Part shown: piece after piece, positions 29,277-39,655 of the stretch
Layout of the letters: each line of letters opens with the position of its first letter
How positions within the stretch are numbered: position 1 is the stretch's first letter
Assembly (NCBI GenBank): GCA_964384035.1
Contig: CAYLIB010000007.1
Coordinates: forward strand, 18,769-82,768
Reading direction: 5' to 3'
DNA: 64,000 nucleotides
Source: an uncultured Candidatus Saccharibacteria bacterium
GTDB taxonomy: Bacteria; Patescibacteriota; Doudnabacteria; UBA920
Program-made: the position numbers and the translations under genes
Notes under the pieces: model-generated
What the model was told of the DNA's origin: nothing
The model's input: only the letters and a program-made list of their open reading frames with translations
Database searches by the model: none

Positions 29277-30539
29277 ATGAAACAAATATTGCAATATTTA
29301 TTATCCTTCTTGGCTAAGAAGATAATATTAAAATACAAACCAATCGTTGTGGGTATTACCGGTAGTGTGGGCAAGACAAGCGCCAGGAAAGCAATTTCAC
29401 TGGTGCTCTCTTCTAGTATGAGTGTGCGATCTAGTAATAAGAATTACAATAATGAGTTAGGGCTGCCGTTAACAATAATTGGTGAAGATCCTAAAGGTAG
29501 AAATGTTTTTGGTTGGTTGTTTGTTTTACTCAAAGGAATATTTGTTTGGTTATATCCGATAGAGTTCCCTAAAGTTTTAGTTCTAGAGATGGGGATAGAT
29601 AAACCTGGGGATATGGATAATTTATTAGATATTGTTAAGCCCGATATAGGGATTATTACCAGTATTGCTGAGAATCATTATGCGCAATTTGAGAGTCCGA
29701 CTGGTATTGAAATCGAGAAGGGTAAGCTTGCTGAGGCTTTGTCTGACGAAGGTGTATTATTAGTTAATGCAGATAATTTGATAGCTAATAGACAGAGGAA
29801 TAAGACAAAAGCAAAGGTATACTCTTATGGTCGCGCTGTTTTGGCCGATATTAGGGTTTTGACAAGTAAGACTGTGCTTGAACCAGAAGTACATACGGAT
29901 ATTGTGTACGGGTTTGCTGATAAGGAATTTTCTTTACAAATACCTTCTATAGGCGAAGCTCATATATTAGCAACTAGTGCGGCTGCTGCTGTGGGGATGA
30001 TTTTTGGTATAAGCGTGTCTGCACTTCAGGAGAGTTTATTAGAGTACACGCCTGAAGTGGGTAGAATGAATCCTCTTCCGGGGAAAAATGGGTCTGTATT
30101 GCTGGATGATAGTTATAATGCTTCACCGGTTTCCGTTAGGGCTGCACTTGAATTGCTTTCTACTTTTTTACCAAGAAGAAGAATAGCTGTGCTAGGTGAT
30201 ATGCTAGAGTTGGGTAGTATTTCTGATGATAAACATAAAGAAATTGGGCATATGAATATCGGGGGAAATGTTGATTTGTTGGTAACCGTAGGTGAAAGGG
30301 CCAAGCTAATAGCACAAGGTGCTATGGAAAAAGGTTTTCCACAAGAAAGAGTTCGTGTCTATAGGGATATTTTTAGTGCTATTTATTTTCTCCAAGAGGA
30401 ATTGACTGCACAAGATATAATTTTAGTAAAGGGTTCACAGGGGATGAGAATGGAAAAGATTTCTAAGGAATTGTTATCTGACCAGGTAGTGGCTGATGAA
30501 GTTTTGTGTAGGCAGTATGGAAAGTGGTTAAATAACTAA
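29277..30539 (+). CDS. murF: UDP-MurNAc-tripeptide--D-Ala-D-Ala ligase
   Basis: ITGSVGKTS, NYNNELGLPLT, DDSYNASP, LGDMLELG, LVKGSQ. Confidence 0.93.
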   Translation: MKQILQYLLSFLAKKIILKYKPIVVGITGSVGKTSARKAISLVLSSSMSVRSSNKNYNNELGLPLTIIGEDPKGRNVFGWLFVLLKGIFVWLYPIEFPKVLVLEMGIDKPGDMDNLLDIVKPDIGIITSIAENHYAQFESPTGIEIEKGKLAEALSDEGVLLVNADNLIANRQRNKTKAKVYSYGRAVLADIRVLTSKTVLEPEVHTDIVYGFADKEFSLQIPSIGEAHILATSAAAAVGMIFGISVSALQESLLEYTPEVGRMNPLPGKNGSVLLDDSYNASPVSVRAALELLSTFLPRRRIAVLGDMLELGSISDDKHKEIGHMNIGGNVDLLVTVGERAKLIAQGAMEKGFPQERVRVYRDIFSAIYFLQEELTAQDIILVKGSQGMRMEKISKELLSDQVVADEVLCRQYGKWLNN

Positions 30540-30550
30540 ATATTGGGGGT

Positions 30551-31678
30551 ATGAATTTACTTAAATCTAAAAATGTAAAAGATAATAAAGTTAGATACCA
30601 AACTCGTGAATTTACAGGGAAATTAGTTGAGGCAAGGAGTTATAAAAGAAAATCTAAGGCACTATCCGAAAATTCATTTTTTAGATTTTTACAAAAAATT
30701 GGACTATACGGTTCTTTGTTTATAGTTTTTATATTTATTCTCATTTTTTTCGTAATTTATGTATTATATTTTTCTTCTTTTTTTAAAGTTGAAAAAATTG
30801 AGGTAAATGGAGGTAATGATATAGAGAAAGAGCGATTAAGAGTAGAGGCGGAGAAATTTTTAGACAAAAGGGGTTATTTGGGGGTTCCTAGAAGTAATTT
30901 ATTAACGTTAGGTAAGGGGGATTTAAGGAAATCGCTCTTAGAGAATATTATAGAAGTTCGCAATAACCTTGAATTTAAAAAAAAGTTCCCAAATACTTTG
31001 GTTATTAATGCAGATTTTAGGAAATCCAAATTTATTATTGGCAATAAGTCTGGTACATATTTATATTTTGATGATTCGCAATATTATAAAAAATTATCTG
31101 AGAATCCAGCGAGTTTTTTTGACTATTCTGGATCTGAGATAAAAATTTGGTGGCAAGGGTTAGAGAATGAAGGTAGGCCAGAGGTGGATAATATAGTTTT
31201 TGAGAATGTATCCAAGATAAAGGATTTATACTTTCCTCCATCTGGTAATAGTTTTGATTTTTTGGTAATGGGGGTCGGCTCAAGGGATCAAGAAGAAGTG
31301 AATTCTGGATTGGATCCTAGGGTGATTTTAGTTAATGAGGATTTGGGTCCTGGAGAGGCAGTCGTGTATACGCGTTGGTTTGATTCTGATATAAATAAGA
31401 TTCCTGGCGGGTTTAAGGTTTATCTTGATACTAAAACTAGTCTGCCAGAGGTAATGGCTAGGGCAGAATTGGTTATAGATAAGCGACCACTCGACAAGCG
31501 AAAGCTGCTCTATTATATTGATATGCGATATGAGAATCGAGCTTTTTTGTGTGAAATGGGATCTGTTTGTGCTCAAGTAGAGGCACCAAAAGTGCCAAGT
31601 TTACCAGGTACAGAAATAAATGAAAATTTAGAGAGTATTCCCCCGCATCTCCAAACCAAAGTCAGGGGTGAAAATTAA
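30551..31678 (+). CDS. FtsQ/DivIB-like protein
   Basis: Basic N-terminus, one TM helix, POTRA-like FKVEKIEVNG...FPNTL, C-terminal YIDMRY. Confidence 0.65.
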   Translation: MNLLKSKNVKDNKVRYQTREFTGKLVEARSYKRKSKALSENSFFRFLQKIGLYGSLFIVFIFILIFFVIYVLYFSSFFKVEKIEVNGGNDIEKERLRVEAEKFLDKRGYLGVPRSNLLTLGKGDLRKSLLENIIEVRNNLEFKKKFPNTLVINADFRKSKFIIGNKSGTYLYFDDSQYYKKLSENPASFFDYSGSEIKIWWQGLENEGRPEVDNIVFENVSKIKDLYFPPSGNSFDFLVMGVGSRDQEEVNSGLDPRVILVNEDLGPGEAVVYTRWFDSDINKIPGGFKVYLDTKTSLPEVMARAELVIDKRPLDKRKLLYYIDMRYENRAFLCEMGSVCAQVEAPKVPSLPGTEINENLESIPPHLQTKVRGEN

Positions 31679-31693
31679 TTAGAAAGTCGAATT

Positions 31694-32377
31694 ATGAAAA
31701 AATTATATGTTTTGTCTCTAGGTGGGTCATTGTTCTCCGGGGAAAATGGTCCAAATACTGAATTTGTAAAAAAAATATTAGTTTTTTTAAAAAAACAGGC
31801 AAAACAGGGGAGTCGATTTATAATTATTACTGGAGGGGGTATAGTTTGCAGGCAGTATCAGCAGTCATTAACCAAATTAGGTATTTCAAATTCCATTTCA
31901 TTAGATTGGATGGGGATCTTTGCTACCAGGCTCAATGCTGAGTATTTTAGATTGAGTTTGGGATCTGAGGCTCATCCAACTGTGGTAATCGATCCAAACA
32001 AAAAAATAAATTTTAAAGAAAATTTTCTAATAGCAGGTGGTTGGATGCCAGGAAGAAGTAGCGATGATGATGCTGTAAGGCTTGCTAAGATGTATGGTTC
32101 AGATTATATAGTTAATCTAAGTAATATTGATTATCTTTATGATAAGGACCCTAATTTGCATTCTGATGCTAGTCGTATAGAAGAGATTTCTTGGAAAGAC
32201 TATATAAAGTTGGTGGGTAAAAAATGGGTTCCAGGAGCTCATGTGCCTTTTGACCCTATTGCTTCCCAGTTTGCAAGTAAGAATAGGTTGAATGTGGTTA
32301 TAGCCAATGGGAATGATTTAAAAAATTTGGAAAATATTTTTAAGAATAAGAAATATAAAGGAACTGTAATAAAATAA
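31694..32377 (+). CDS. pyrH: UMP kinase (archaeal-type)
   Basis: SLGGS, GGG..CRQYQ, LDWMGIFATRLNA, YDKDP, PFDP. Confidence 0.9.
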   Translation: MKKLYVLSLGGSLFSGENGPNTEFVKKILVFLKKQAKQGSRFIIITGGGIVCRQYQQSLTKLGISNSISLDWMGIFATRLNAEYFRLSLGSEAHPTVVIDPNKKINFKENFLIAGGWMPGRSSDDDAVRLAKMYGSDYIVNLSNIDYLYDKDPNLHSDASRIEEISWKDYIKLVGKKWVPGAHVPFDPIASQFASKNRLNVVIANGNDLKNLENIFKNKKYKGTVIK

Positions 32378-32401
32378 CCCCTTCTGGGGGTTATTTTATT
32401 A
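32367..32401. terminator. Bidirectional terminator including both stop codons
   Basis: Perfect 15-bp inverted repeat TAATAAAATAACCCC-ttctg-GGGGTTATTTTATTA. Confidence 0.8.
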
Positions 32402-33956
32402 TGTACTGTGTTACGTAGATGTTTGTTCCCACATATGGTCTGACATCTGGGTAGTAAATTTCTTTGTTTACTTGAACAAAGTTTGAGGGTATTTCTGGTT
32501 TGCTTCCCCCGAATCCATTTGTCCAAAGTAACCAAACAGTTTTACCTTTCGGTAAACTATTTAACTCCGGGAGTAAATCTTCATTGGTTAGAATAGCAGT
32601 ACCTGCGAAATGTGGTAGTTGATGAATGTCTTTGGTGCCTCCACTGTATAGTTTAGGTATTAGACCAGTACTGAGATTTGGGCGAGAGTTATAGTACTTA
32701 TAATTAAAGAATTCAAAGCTAGAACCTATGATTATTTCATCGTCTTTTGTAGCATTTGCTTTTAGGTATTTTGCTGCCGCCGACATACCGGGTCTTTCCA
32801 TTACTTTGGTTTCGTCCCAGAAATGGTAGATGCTGAATAAACAGAGAAAAGCGTAGAGTGTTAAAAGAGTGTACTTTAGTTTATCTAGTTTTAGTTTATA
32901 AATAGCACCTGTTGCCATTATGATCAGGAATGGCGAGGAGTAGAGAAAATATCTAACTAAATATACTGAGCTATTTGAACCTTTGAGGTGAGCAAGTACC
33001 GCGAATAACAAGCTTCCTATAAAGGGAGCTAGGAAAGATAATAGAATTAACCACTTCTCTGGTTTTTTATATTTAAATAAGAAATTGAAAATAAGCCAGA
33101 TTACTAAAATTGTGATTACGCTAACTAGTATTTGGCTTCTTGATTTGTTAATATCTATACCAATTCCTACTATAAGAGTCCATAGAGTGCTTGGTATGCT
33201 CCACCTGTCTATGGGAGGTATCCAATAACCTGCCCCTACCTGCCTGAACTGGAATAGAAAGGTAGGTATGTATGATGAGAAGGCTAAAACTATAAAGATG
33301 TAACTAAGTAGGAGTGAAGCATAGTTTTTGATTTTGAGTCTGTATAGGTAGGTGGTATAAAGAAACGCGTAACCTAAAAGTGCGAGCGCGGTAAATAATA
33401 AGTAATAATGGGTGAGGATTATTATGCTAATTGATGCAGAGAAAGATAGATAGTAAAGTATTCTTTTTCCTGGATTTTTCTCTAAACCCATGTTTTTGGA
33501 CTTTTGGGTTTCCATCTTTAAAGCCTTAGTAAGAAATAGTGCTGAAAGTACACCAAAGAAAGCGCCCATTGTATACATTCTTGCTTCGGTAACATAGGCA
33601 ATTTGGAAAGGGTTAAGGGCGGTGAGGATACTTGCTAGTATCGCATATTTTTCGTCTTCAAATATTTCTTTGACCAGAAGATAAACTACTAAAATTAACG
33701 CTACTCCAAAGAAAACGGAAAATCCCCTGAGTGATCCGAGTGAGTCCCCGAATGCATAGTTCCAAAAACGTAGAAAAATATAATACATCGGAGGGTGTAC
33801 ATCTAATCCGATTCTGTAAATCATCTCAGGGAATGAGTATTTTATTAAGAGAGCGGAGAAAGCTTCGTCGTGCCAAAGGCTGATACCCGTTAGGTTTATA
33901 AGTCTAATGACTAGACCAAGGGTAAGGCTTGATATTATACCTAGGTATTTTTTCAT
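32391..33956 (-). CDS. GT-C fold membrane glycosyltransferase (PMT/ArnT-like)
   Basis: SLWHDEAFS, DVHPPMYY, EARMY, many TM helices. Confidence 0.85.
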   Translation of the reverse strand: MKKYLGIISSLTLGLVIRLINLTGISLWHDEAFSALLIKYSFPEMIYRIGLDVHPPMYYIFLRFWNYAFGDSLGSLRGFSVFFGVALILVVYLLVKEIFEDEKYAILASILTALNPFQIAYVTEARMYTMGAFFGVLSALFLTKALKMETQKSKNMGLEKNPGKRILYYLSFSASISIIILTHYYLLFTALALLGYAFLYTTYLYRLKIKNYASLLLSYIFIVLAFSSYIPTFLFQFRQVGAGYWIPPIDRWSIPSTLWTLIVGIGIDINKSRSQILVSVITILVIWLIFNFLFKYKKPEKWLILLSFLAPFIGSLLFAVLAHLKGSNSSVYLVRYFLYSSPFLIIMATGAIYKLKLDKLKYTLLTLYAFLCLFSIYHFWDETKVMERPGMSAAAKYLKANATKDDEIIIGSSFEFFNYKYYNSRPNLSTGLIPKLYSGGTKDIHQLPHFAGTAILTNEDLLPELNSLPKGKTVWLLWTNGFGGSKPEIPSNFVQVNKEIYYPDVRPYVGTNIYVTQYIIK

Positions 33957-34026
33957 AACTTGGGTGTGTGGTATTATTATTTATTGTTTCTATAAATTGG
34001 TTACTAAGCTAAATAGGAGGTTTGAG

Positions 34027-34350
34027 ATGGAATTCAGGTACTTTGAGTGTTCATGTCAGGGTCAGGGGATGGTTATACTAGGTCAACAAGTATATTTTGT
34101 TTATAGTCAAAAGGAGGCATTTGGTGTTTTAGGGAGAGTTGTGGTTTCACCTGGCAATGGAATTTTTGCAAAATTACAAACACAAGGATTGAGGGAATTA
34201 CAGTCGATTCTTTCGGTTCGGTGTTATTTACCTGAGTCTGAAGATGGGGTGACTTATAGTGTTAATACTCATCCTGAGCACTCTTTGGTCCACAAGGAAT
34301 TGTTTGAAAAATTGTTAGAGTTTCAAAGAAGACTTTTAAAAGAAGATTAG
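34027..34350 (+). CDS. Hypothetical protein (orphan) with SD
   Basis: Start reassigned to ATG 34027 after AGGAGGT at 34015-34021; 107 aa. Confidence 0.65.
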   Translation: MEFRYFECSCQGQGMVILGQQVYFVYSQKEAFGVLGRVVVSPGNGIFAKLQTQGLRELQSILSVRCYLPESEDGVTYSVNTHPEHSLVHKELFEKLLEFQRRLLKED

Positions 34351-34369
34351 CCGTATTTAACGGTATTTT

Positions 34370-36127
34370 TTATTTTACATAAACTGCAATAACTACTTGT
34401 CCGAATTTGTTCCTCTGTTCATAAGTTAGTCGATAATTTGGGTAAGCTTCTTTGAAGCGTTTTATATCGTAAATACTAGACTGTGTGAATACGATTTGGT
34501 CACCGATTTTTATATTGTGGAGCTTTTCCAATATTTGGATTTGTTCCGGGTCAACTTGGGTGTATGGGCGATTTTTTGGGTTCTCGTCTAGGTGTTTTGG
34601 GTCAATTACAGTTAAGTAGTCTGGGGTTTGTACGGAGAATTTATCAAGTACTAAGTATGTTGTTTTTTTATTACCGTAAGTTTTTAGGTATTCAGAGACG
34701 ATGGTAAGGTCTGATCGAAATGAATAGAAATTTGCAGGATCGTTATATGCTATTACAAAATAGTTTGCATAGGTTTCTAAGGGTATACCAATAAAGAACA
34801 GTGTAGCCAATAAGATTCCGAAAGATTTACATACCCACCATCTAATAGTTTCTCCTTTGTATATACTTAAACTTTTGGTGTAGCTTTGTAAAAGTTCCAG
34901 TTTGTAACGTATGAGTTTTTTGACCAGTTCTGAAACTTGAATTATTCCATATGCTGAAATAATAAAGACAGCTGGGATGGTGCCGATGCTTCGTAGACCG
35001 TGCGGAATGCCTTCGGCAGTGGTTATAACTGGGATAAGCATGCCTAAAAACCAGCCTATGATCAGAAAATGTGGCCAATATTTTCTAAATTTTTCTGGCC
35101 TTAGGAAATAATATAAAGCTAAGAGAAGGGAAGTTGCTAATCCAAATGCAAAAAAAGGAGAAACGAGTGGGGATAAGAACGGGAGTCCTGAGATATTATG
35201 TCTATAGTTAAGGTCTCCGATAGTAAAATAGGCTAGGAAGCTTTCTTTGCTTACTTCTAATACAGTACCAGTAAGGTTTCCCTTATTGAGTTCAGGATTA
35301 AAAACACTTACTTGTCCGCTTCTTCCAATAAAACTACCTGGATGTGTGTAAAAGTAATGGGCGAGTGGAAATATGAAGATAGTAAATGCAATAATCGCCA
35401 AGCTTAACTGTTTTATCCAATCTAGTTTGATTGCTGAAAGTCTTCTGTTATGCCAAAGATGGTTTAACAGAGGCCAGAATACGGCGAAGAATAGAATCGG
35501 TACAAGAATTCGGTAAGCGATATAGGTATAAAAACCTAATGCAAAGGTCGCTCCAAAGAGAGTTGAATAAATTAGTTTTTTCTTTACAGTTTCACTATTC
35601 CAGCTTTTTAATAGGAAATAAAAAGTAAAAGTGGCAAAAAGAGGAATTAGATTGGCCCTAAAAGCAGTTCTAGAAAGTACAGTATGCCATGAGCTTGTAG
35701 AGATTAGAAAGAAGCTGAGGAGGGCGATATTTGTGCTTTTGTGTTTTTCTTCGTATGTGTCAAATAGAACCTTGGTGAGAAAAAATGTACCAACGCAAGC
35801 GACTATGCCAACTAAAGCTGAAGTTAAATGGTGTTGCCAAACACCAAAGCCAAATATTTTGACCATAGTCCAGATCATGTAGAAAAATAGAGCTTCTCGT
35901 CCATTTCCTCTTTCGTAGAAGGGCTGTAGTTGCCCCTGTTCCATCGAAATAATATCTAAACCATTAGCGGCTTCGTCTGGGAAAAGACCACCAGGCATAT
36001 CAGCTTGTACGGTTTTTACATTTGTTGGATTTAAGGGAGACTTTTCGTATTTGATGAGATGAAAAGTTCTAAAAAATATCGCCAGAAAAAGGATCAGAAA
36101 GAATGCAATTTTTTGATTTTTTGTCAA
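34370..36127 (-). CDS. GT-C fold membrane glycosyltransferase (PMT/ArnT-like)
   Basis: PGGLFPDEAANG, SRTAFRA, PHGLR; polytopic. Confidence 0.85.
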   Translation of the reverse strand: MTKNQKIAFFLILFLAIFFRTFHLIKYEKSPLNPTNVKTVQADMPGGLFPDEAANGLDIISMEQGQLQPFYERGNGREALFFYMIWTMVKIFGFGVWQHHLTSALVGIVACVGTFFLTKVLFDTYEEKHKSTNIALLSFFLISTSSWHTVLSRTAFRANLIPLFATFTFYFLLKSWNSETVKKKLIYSTLFGATFALGFYTYIAYRILVPILFFAVFWPLLNHLWHNRRLSAIKLDWIKQLSLAIIAFTIFIFPLAHYFYTHPGSFIGRSGQVSVFNPELNKGNLTGTVLEVSKESFLAYFTIGDLNYRHNISGLPFLSPLVSPFFAFGLATSLLLALYYFLRPEKFRKYWPHFLIIGWFLGMLIPVITTAEGIPHGLRSIGTIPAVFIISAYGIIQVSELVKKLIRYKLELLQSYTKSLSIYKGETIRWWVCKSFGILLATLFFIGIPLETYANYFVIAYNDPANFYSFRSDLTIVSEYLKTYGNKKTTYLVLDKFSVQTPDYLTVIDPKHLDENPKNRPYTQVDPEQIQILEKLHNIKIGDQIVFTQSSIYDIKRFKEAYPNYRLTYEQRNKFGQVVIAVYVK

Positions 36128-36173
36128 TTTGTTTGTTTTACGTAAGTAATGATTTTGATTAAACTATGTAGGT

Positions 36174-36500
36174 ATGCTCAAATATCGAATTTTTATAGTT
36201 TGGATCGCAACTTTTATTGTTAATATTATAACATTGGCAATTATTGTTGCCCAGGGAAAAGTTTCTAGATCGGTAGTCTTACATTACAATGTAATTGTAG
36301 GTGCTGAATATTTTGGTGATGCATCGAATAATTATAAGATTCCGGCAATAGGTCTTTTTATTCTTGTTTTTAATACAGTAATGTACGTGTTTTTGCGAAG
36401 AGCTAAGCAAGATTTTTTAGCAGAGGTATCAATTTACACAACTTTATTAGTAAGTATAGTGCTTTTAGTCGCTTATATGTTTTTGTTAAGTATTAATTAA
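36174..36500 (+). CDS. Small three-TM membrane protein
   Basis: Hydrophobic segments around a VVLHYNV..G loop. Confidence 0.65.
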   Translation: MLKYRIFIVWIATFIVNIITLAIIVAQGKVSRSVVLHYNVIVGAEYFGDASNNYKIPAIGLFILVFNTVMYVFLRRAKQDFLAEVSIYTTLLVSIVLLVAYMFLLSIN

Positions 36501-36515
36501 TTAGGATTGCTCTGT

Positions 36516-38186
36516 ATGAGTTATAGAAAGAGAACATCAAGGGAGAGATTTTGGGAAATTCTGCCAGGTCTATCGTTTTGGGTGGTGTTTTTATCAGCTA
36601 TTGCCCTTTCCTTTTTAAAACCAGTGGCAGCAGCTTTGTTTATAATCTGTTTTGATCTGTATTGGGTTTTAAAAGCAGTTAATACAGCTTTTCATTTAAT
36701 GTCGAGTTATAGGATTTTTCGTGTTGTAGTTAAAATCGATTGGCGTAAGTTGTTAAGCCTAACTACTGATTTGAAAGAATTGATTACGGAGTTACAAAGT
36801 AGGTTAGATTTAAGCACAAAAAGAGTTGAAAGATTTTTTTTAAGAAAAGAAATTTCGAGAATAAACAAACTAATTGAAATAAAAAGCAATATTCCGGACT
36901 ATCGAAATGTATATCATTTAATAATTATCCCGTTTGTTGATGAGTCATTAGAGGTTCTAGATTCTACGGTTTCAGCTCTTGTAAATACCAATTATGCTCG
37001 TGAAAATTTAATTTTGCTTTTAGCTAACGAGGAAAGAGCAGGTGATACTGCGCTACGGATAGCTGAACAGATTAAAGAAAAGTATAGTAGTGGTTTTTAT
37101 AAAGTATTCATAACTAGGCATCCTGATGGACTACCAGGCGAGATAAAGGGTAAAAGCGCTAATGCAAGTTATGCGGTTTTGTCGGTTTTGGGTGAATTGG
37201 AGTCTTTAAAGATACCAAAAGAAAATGTAATTATTTCTAACTTTGACAGTGATACGATAGTGCATCCCGAGTATTTTGCTAGGGTTGCCTATGAGTTTGT
37301 TCTTTCTCTGAAACGATACAGGAGAAGCTATCAGCCTATAGCTATATATAATAATAATATTTGGGATAGTCCAGCATTTATAAGAGTTGTTTCGGTATCT
37401 AATTCTTTTTGGCAATTTACTGAGTCTAGTCGACCAGACAGATTAAGGACTTTTTCGTCACATTCTATGCCCTTGCTTACTCTTCTTGAGGTGGGAATGT
37501 GGAAAAAAGATATAGTTAACGAAGATGGGTATATTTTTTGGCAATGTTATTTGCATTATAAAGGTGATTATCAGGTAGTGCCTTTATTTATTCCAATATC
37601 TTTAGATACCTGTTTGGCTGATAGTTTTTGGCAAACATTAGTGAATCAATACAAGCAGAAAAGACGTTGGGCTTACAATGTTGAATATTACCCCCATCTA
37701 GTCCCTAAGTTAATTACAAGTAAGGCTCCTTTGTTCGATAGGATGTATAAACTTTGGCAGTACGTCGAGGGTGATTTTAACTGGGCTACAGCAAGTATTT
37801 TAATTTCAACTTTAGGTTGGTTACCGTTATTTGTTGGCGGTCAAGACTTTACTTCGAGCGTGGTTGCATTCAATTTGCCGAAAACGACAAAGACCCTAAT
37901 GACTATTGCAACTTTTTTCTTAATTTTTAGTGTTTATATAAACTTAATACTCTTGCCACCTAGGCCAAAGAAATATGGTAGAAGCAGGAGTGTGATGATG
38001 TATTTGCAATGGTTTTTAGTGCCTATAGTTTCGCTTGTGTTTGGTAGTCTGCCAGCAATAGAAGCACAAACCCGATTAATGCTTGGTAAGTATCTTGAAT
38101 TTTGGGTAACCCCTAAAACAAGGAAGGGGGTCACTACAGGTTTAGATATGAAAGAGATGCAAAGTGTTGGAGAAGAAAACGTATGA
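36516..38186 (+). CDS. Membrane-bound GT2-family (processive-type) glycosyltransferase
   Basis: GKSAN, FDSD, VNED, QKRRW motifs; N- and C-terminal TM helices. Confidence 0.85.
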   Translation: MSYRKRTSRERFWEILPGLSFWVVFLSAIALSFLKPVAAALFIICFDLYWVLKAVNTAFHLMSSYRIFRVVVKIDWRKLLSLTTDLKELITELQSRLDLSTKRVERFFLRKEISRINKLIEIKSNIPDYRNVYHLIIIPFVDESLEVLDSTVSALVNTNYARENLILLLANEERAGDTALRIAEQIKEKYSSGFYKVFITRHPDGLPGEIKGKSANASYAVLSVLGELESLKIPKENVIISNFDSDTIVHPEYFARVAYEFVLSLKRYRRSYQPIAIYNNNIWDSPAFIRVVSVSNSFWQFTESSRPDRLRTFSSHSMPLLTLLEVGMWKKDIVNEDGYIFWQCYLHYKGDYQVVPLFIPISLDTCLADSFWQTLVNQYKQKRRWAYNVEYYPHLVPKLITSKAPLFDRMYKLWQYVEGDFNWATASILISTLGWLPLFVGGQDFTSSVVAFNLPKTTKTLMTIATFFLIFSVYINLILLPPRPKKYGRSRSVMMYLQWFLVPIVSLVFGSLPAIEAQTRLMLGKYLEFWVTPKTRKGVTTGLDMKEMQSVGEENV

Positions 38187-39241
38187 GATATTTAATTTTG
38201 TTGGTACTTTCAACAGTGGTGTCTGTATATCTGGTCCCAATTATTAAACGATTGGCATTTAAATATAAGGTATTAGACATTCCTGTCTCTGAACGGAAGA
38301 TTCATAAAAAACCAATACCTCTTTTAGGGGGTATATCCGTTGCACTTACTTTTGTTATTGGATTATCTTTTTATTTGTATTTTGGATCTATAGATTTTCG
38401 AGTAGTTCCTGTTAAATTTTTCGTTGCTATAGTCTTGTCTATTTTAATTTTGTGTGTTGGGGGGATATTAGATGATATTTATACACTTAGCGCAAAGTGG
38501 TCTTGGGGTTTTCCCGCATTAGCGAGTTTGTTGTGTGTTGTTTTTGGTATCGGTGTGGGAATTAAATTTATCACTAATCCTTTTGGTGGGATCCTATATT
38601 TTGGGGATGATATATTTGGTATTCCAATTTCTGGTGTGTTTACGTTTGTATGGTTAATGGGGATGACCTATACAACTAAGATTTTAGATGGTATGGATGG
38701 TTTAGTAAGTGGAATAGGGATTATAGCCTCTCTGACTTTGTTTTTTCTATCGTTGACCCCTAAAGTGAATCAACCGGTAACTGCTAGTCTTGCCATACTT
38801 TTGACTGGAGCTTGTTTGGGTTTTTTGTTTTATAATTTTAATCCGGCAAGTATTTTTTTGGGGGAGGGAGGGAGTACTCTAATTGGTTTTTTACTAGGTG
38901 TTATTTCGATTATCCTAGGCGGTAAAATTGCGACTGCGCTTTTAGTAATGGGAATACCAATTTTAGATGTGGCTTGGGCAATATTTAGACGAATTCAGTC
39001 AGGGGTAAGTCCATTTGTGGGCGATAGGAAGCATTTACATTTTAGATTACTTGATATTGGATTGAATCAGAGACAGGCTGTTTACGTGCTCTGGTTGATT
39101 TCTGCTGTATTTGGGTTTTTTGCGGTTTTTTTACAGAGTTTAGGAAAATTGGTTGCCTTGGTGATATTAGTCTTTGTAATGGTTGCTTTGGGTGTTTTAG
39201 TAGCCTACGTTTACAGAAGAAAAGAGCTTAAAAAAAAATAG
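38183..39241 (+). CDS. WecA/TagO-like polyprenyl-phosphate GlcNAc-1-P transferase (MraY family)
   Basis: RKIH..PIPLLGG, GILDD, LDGMDGL, NFNPASIFLG, DRKHLHFRL. Confidence 0.9.
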   Translation: MRYLILLVLSTVVSVYLVPIIKRLAFKYKVLDIPVSERKIHKKPIPLLGGISVALTFVIGLSFYLYFGSIDFRVVPVKFFVAIVLSILILCVGGILDDIYTLSAKWSWGFPALASLLCVVFGIGVGIKFITNPFGGILYFGDDIFGIPISGVFTFVWLMGMTYTTKILDGMDGLVSGIGIIASLTLFFLSLTPKVNQPVTASLAILLTGACLGFLFYNFNPASIFLGEGGSTLIGFLLGVISIILGGKIATALLVMGIPILDVAWAIFRRIQSGVSPFVGDRKHLHFRLLDIGLNQRQAVYVLWLISAVFGFFAVFLQSLGKLVALVILVFVMVALGVLVAYVYRRKELKKK

Positions 39242-39253
39242 CTTAGTAAAAAG

Positions 39254-39430
39254 CTATAGTTTGTAACCTACTTCGTGGTAGCGAGTACCTTTAACGCGGG
39301 CTTGGTAGTGGCGCGAAGTCGGAATTAGGTAGGATTTGATTGAATAAGCGATAATGGGGCGATATCGGATCGCGCCAATGGTCATTGATAACAGGGCCAA
39401 AACGGAAATGGCCAGGAATGAAGTATTCAT
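39254..39430 (-). CDS. 58-aa small protein, below the ORF-track length cutoff
   Basis: MNTSFLAISVLALLSMTIGAIRYRPIIAYSIKSYLIPTSRHYQARVKGTRYHEVGYKL; AAGGAGG at 39435-39441; TTGACT-N17-TAAAAT at 39508-39536. Confidence 0.65.
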   Translation of the reverse strand: MNTSFLAISVLALLSMTIGAIRYRPIIAYSIKSYLIPTSRHYQARVKGTRYHEVGYKL

Positions 39431-39552
39431 AATTCCTCCTTAAGACGTTAAAATTCACAAAATATCTGGATTTTGTGCTGGTTTTATATTAACTAAACCT
39501 TTGGGCAATTTTACTTAGGATTATTGCTATAGTCAAGCTAAATATGAGTATT

Positions 39553-39581
39553 TTGACTTTTTTGGCAGTTTTAGCTAAAAT
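39553..39581 (+). promoter_or_regulatory. sigma70-like promoter of rplU
   Basis: TTGACT-N17-TAAAAT. Confidence 0.65.
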
Positions 39582-39655
39582 AGTTTCTGCACTATAGTTT
39601 AGAACTCTGAATTAAGAGTTTAGAAGTTAAGAGAAATTATTTAATTTATTTAGAG

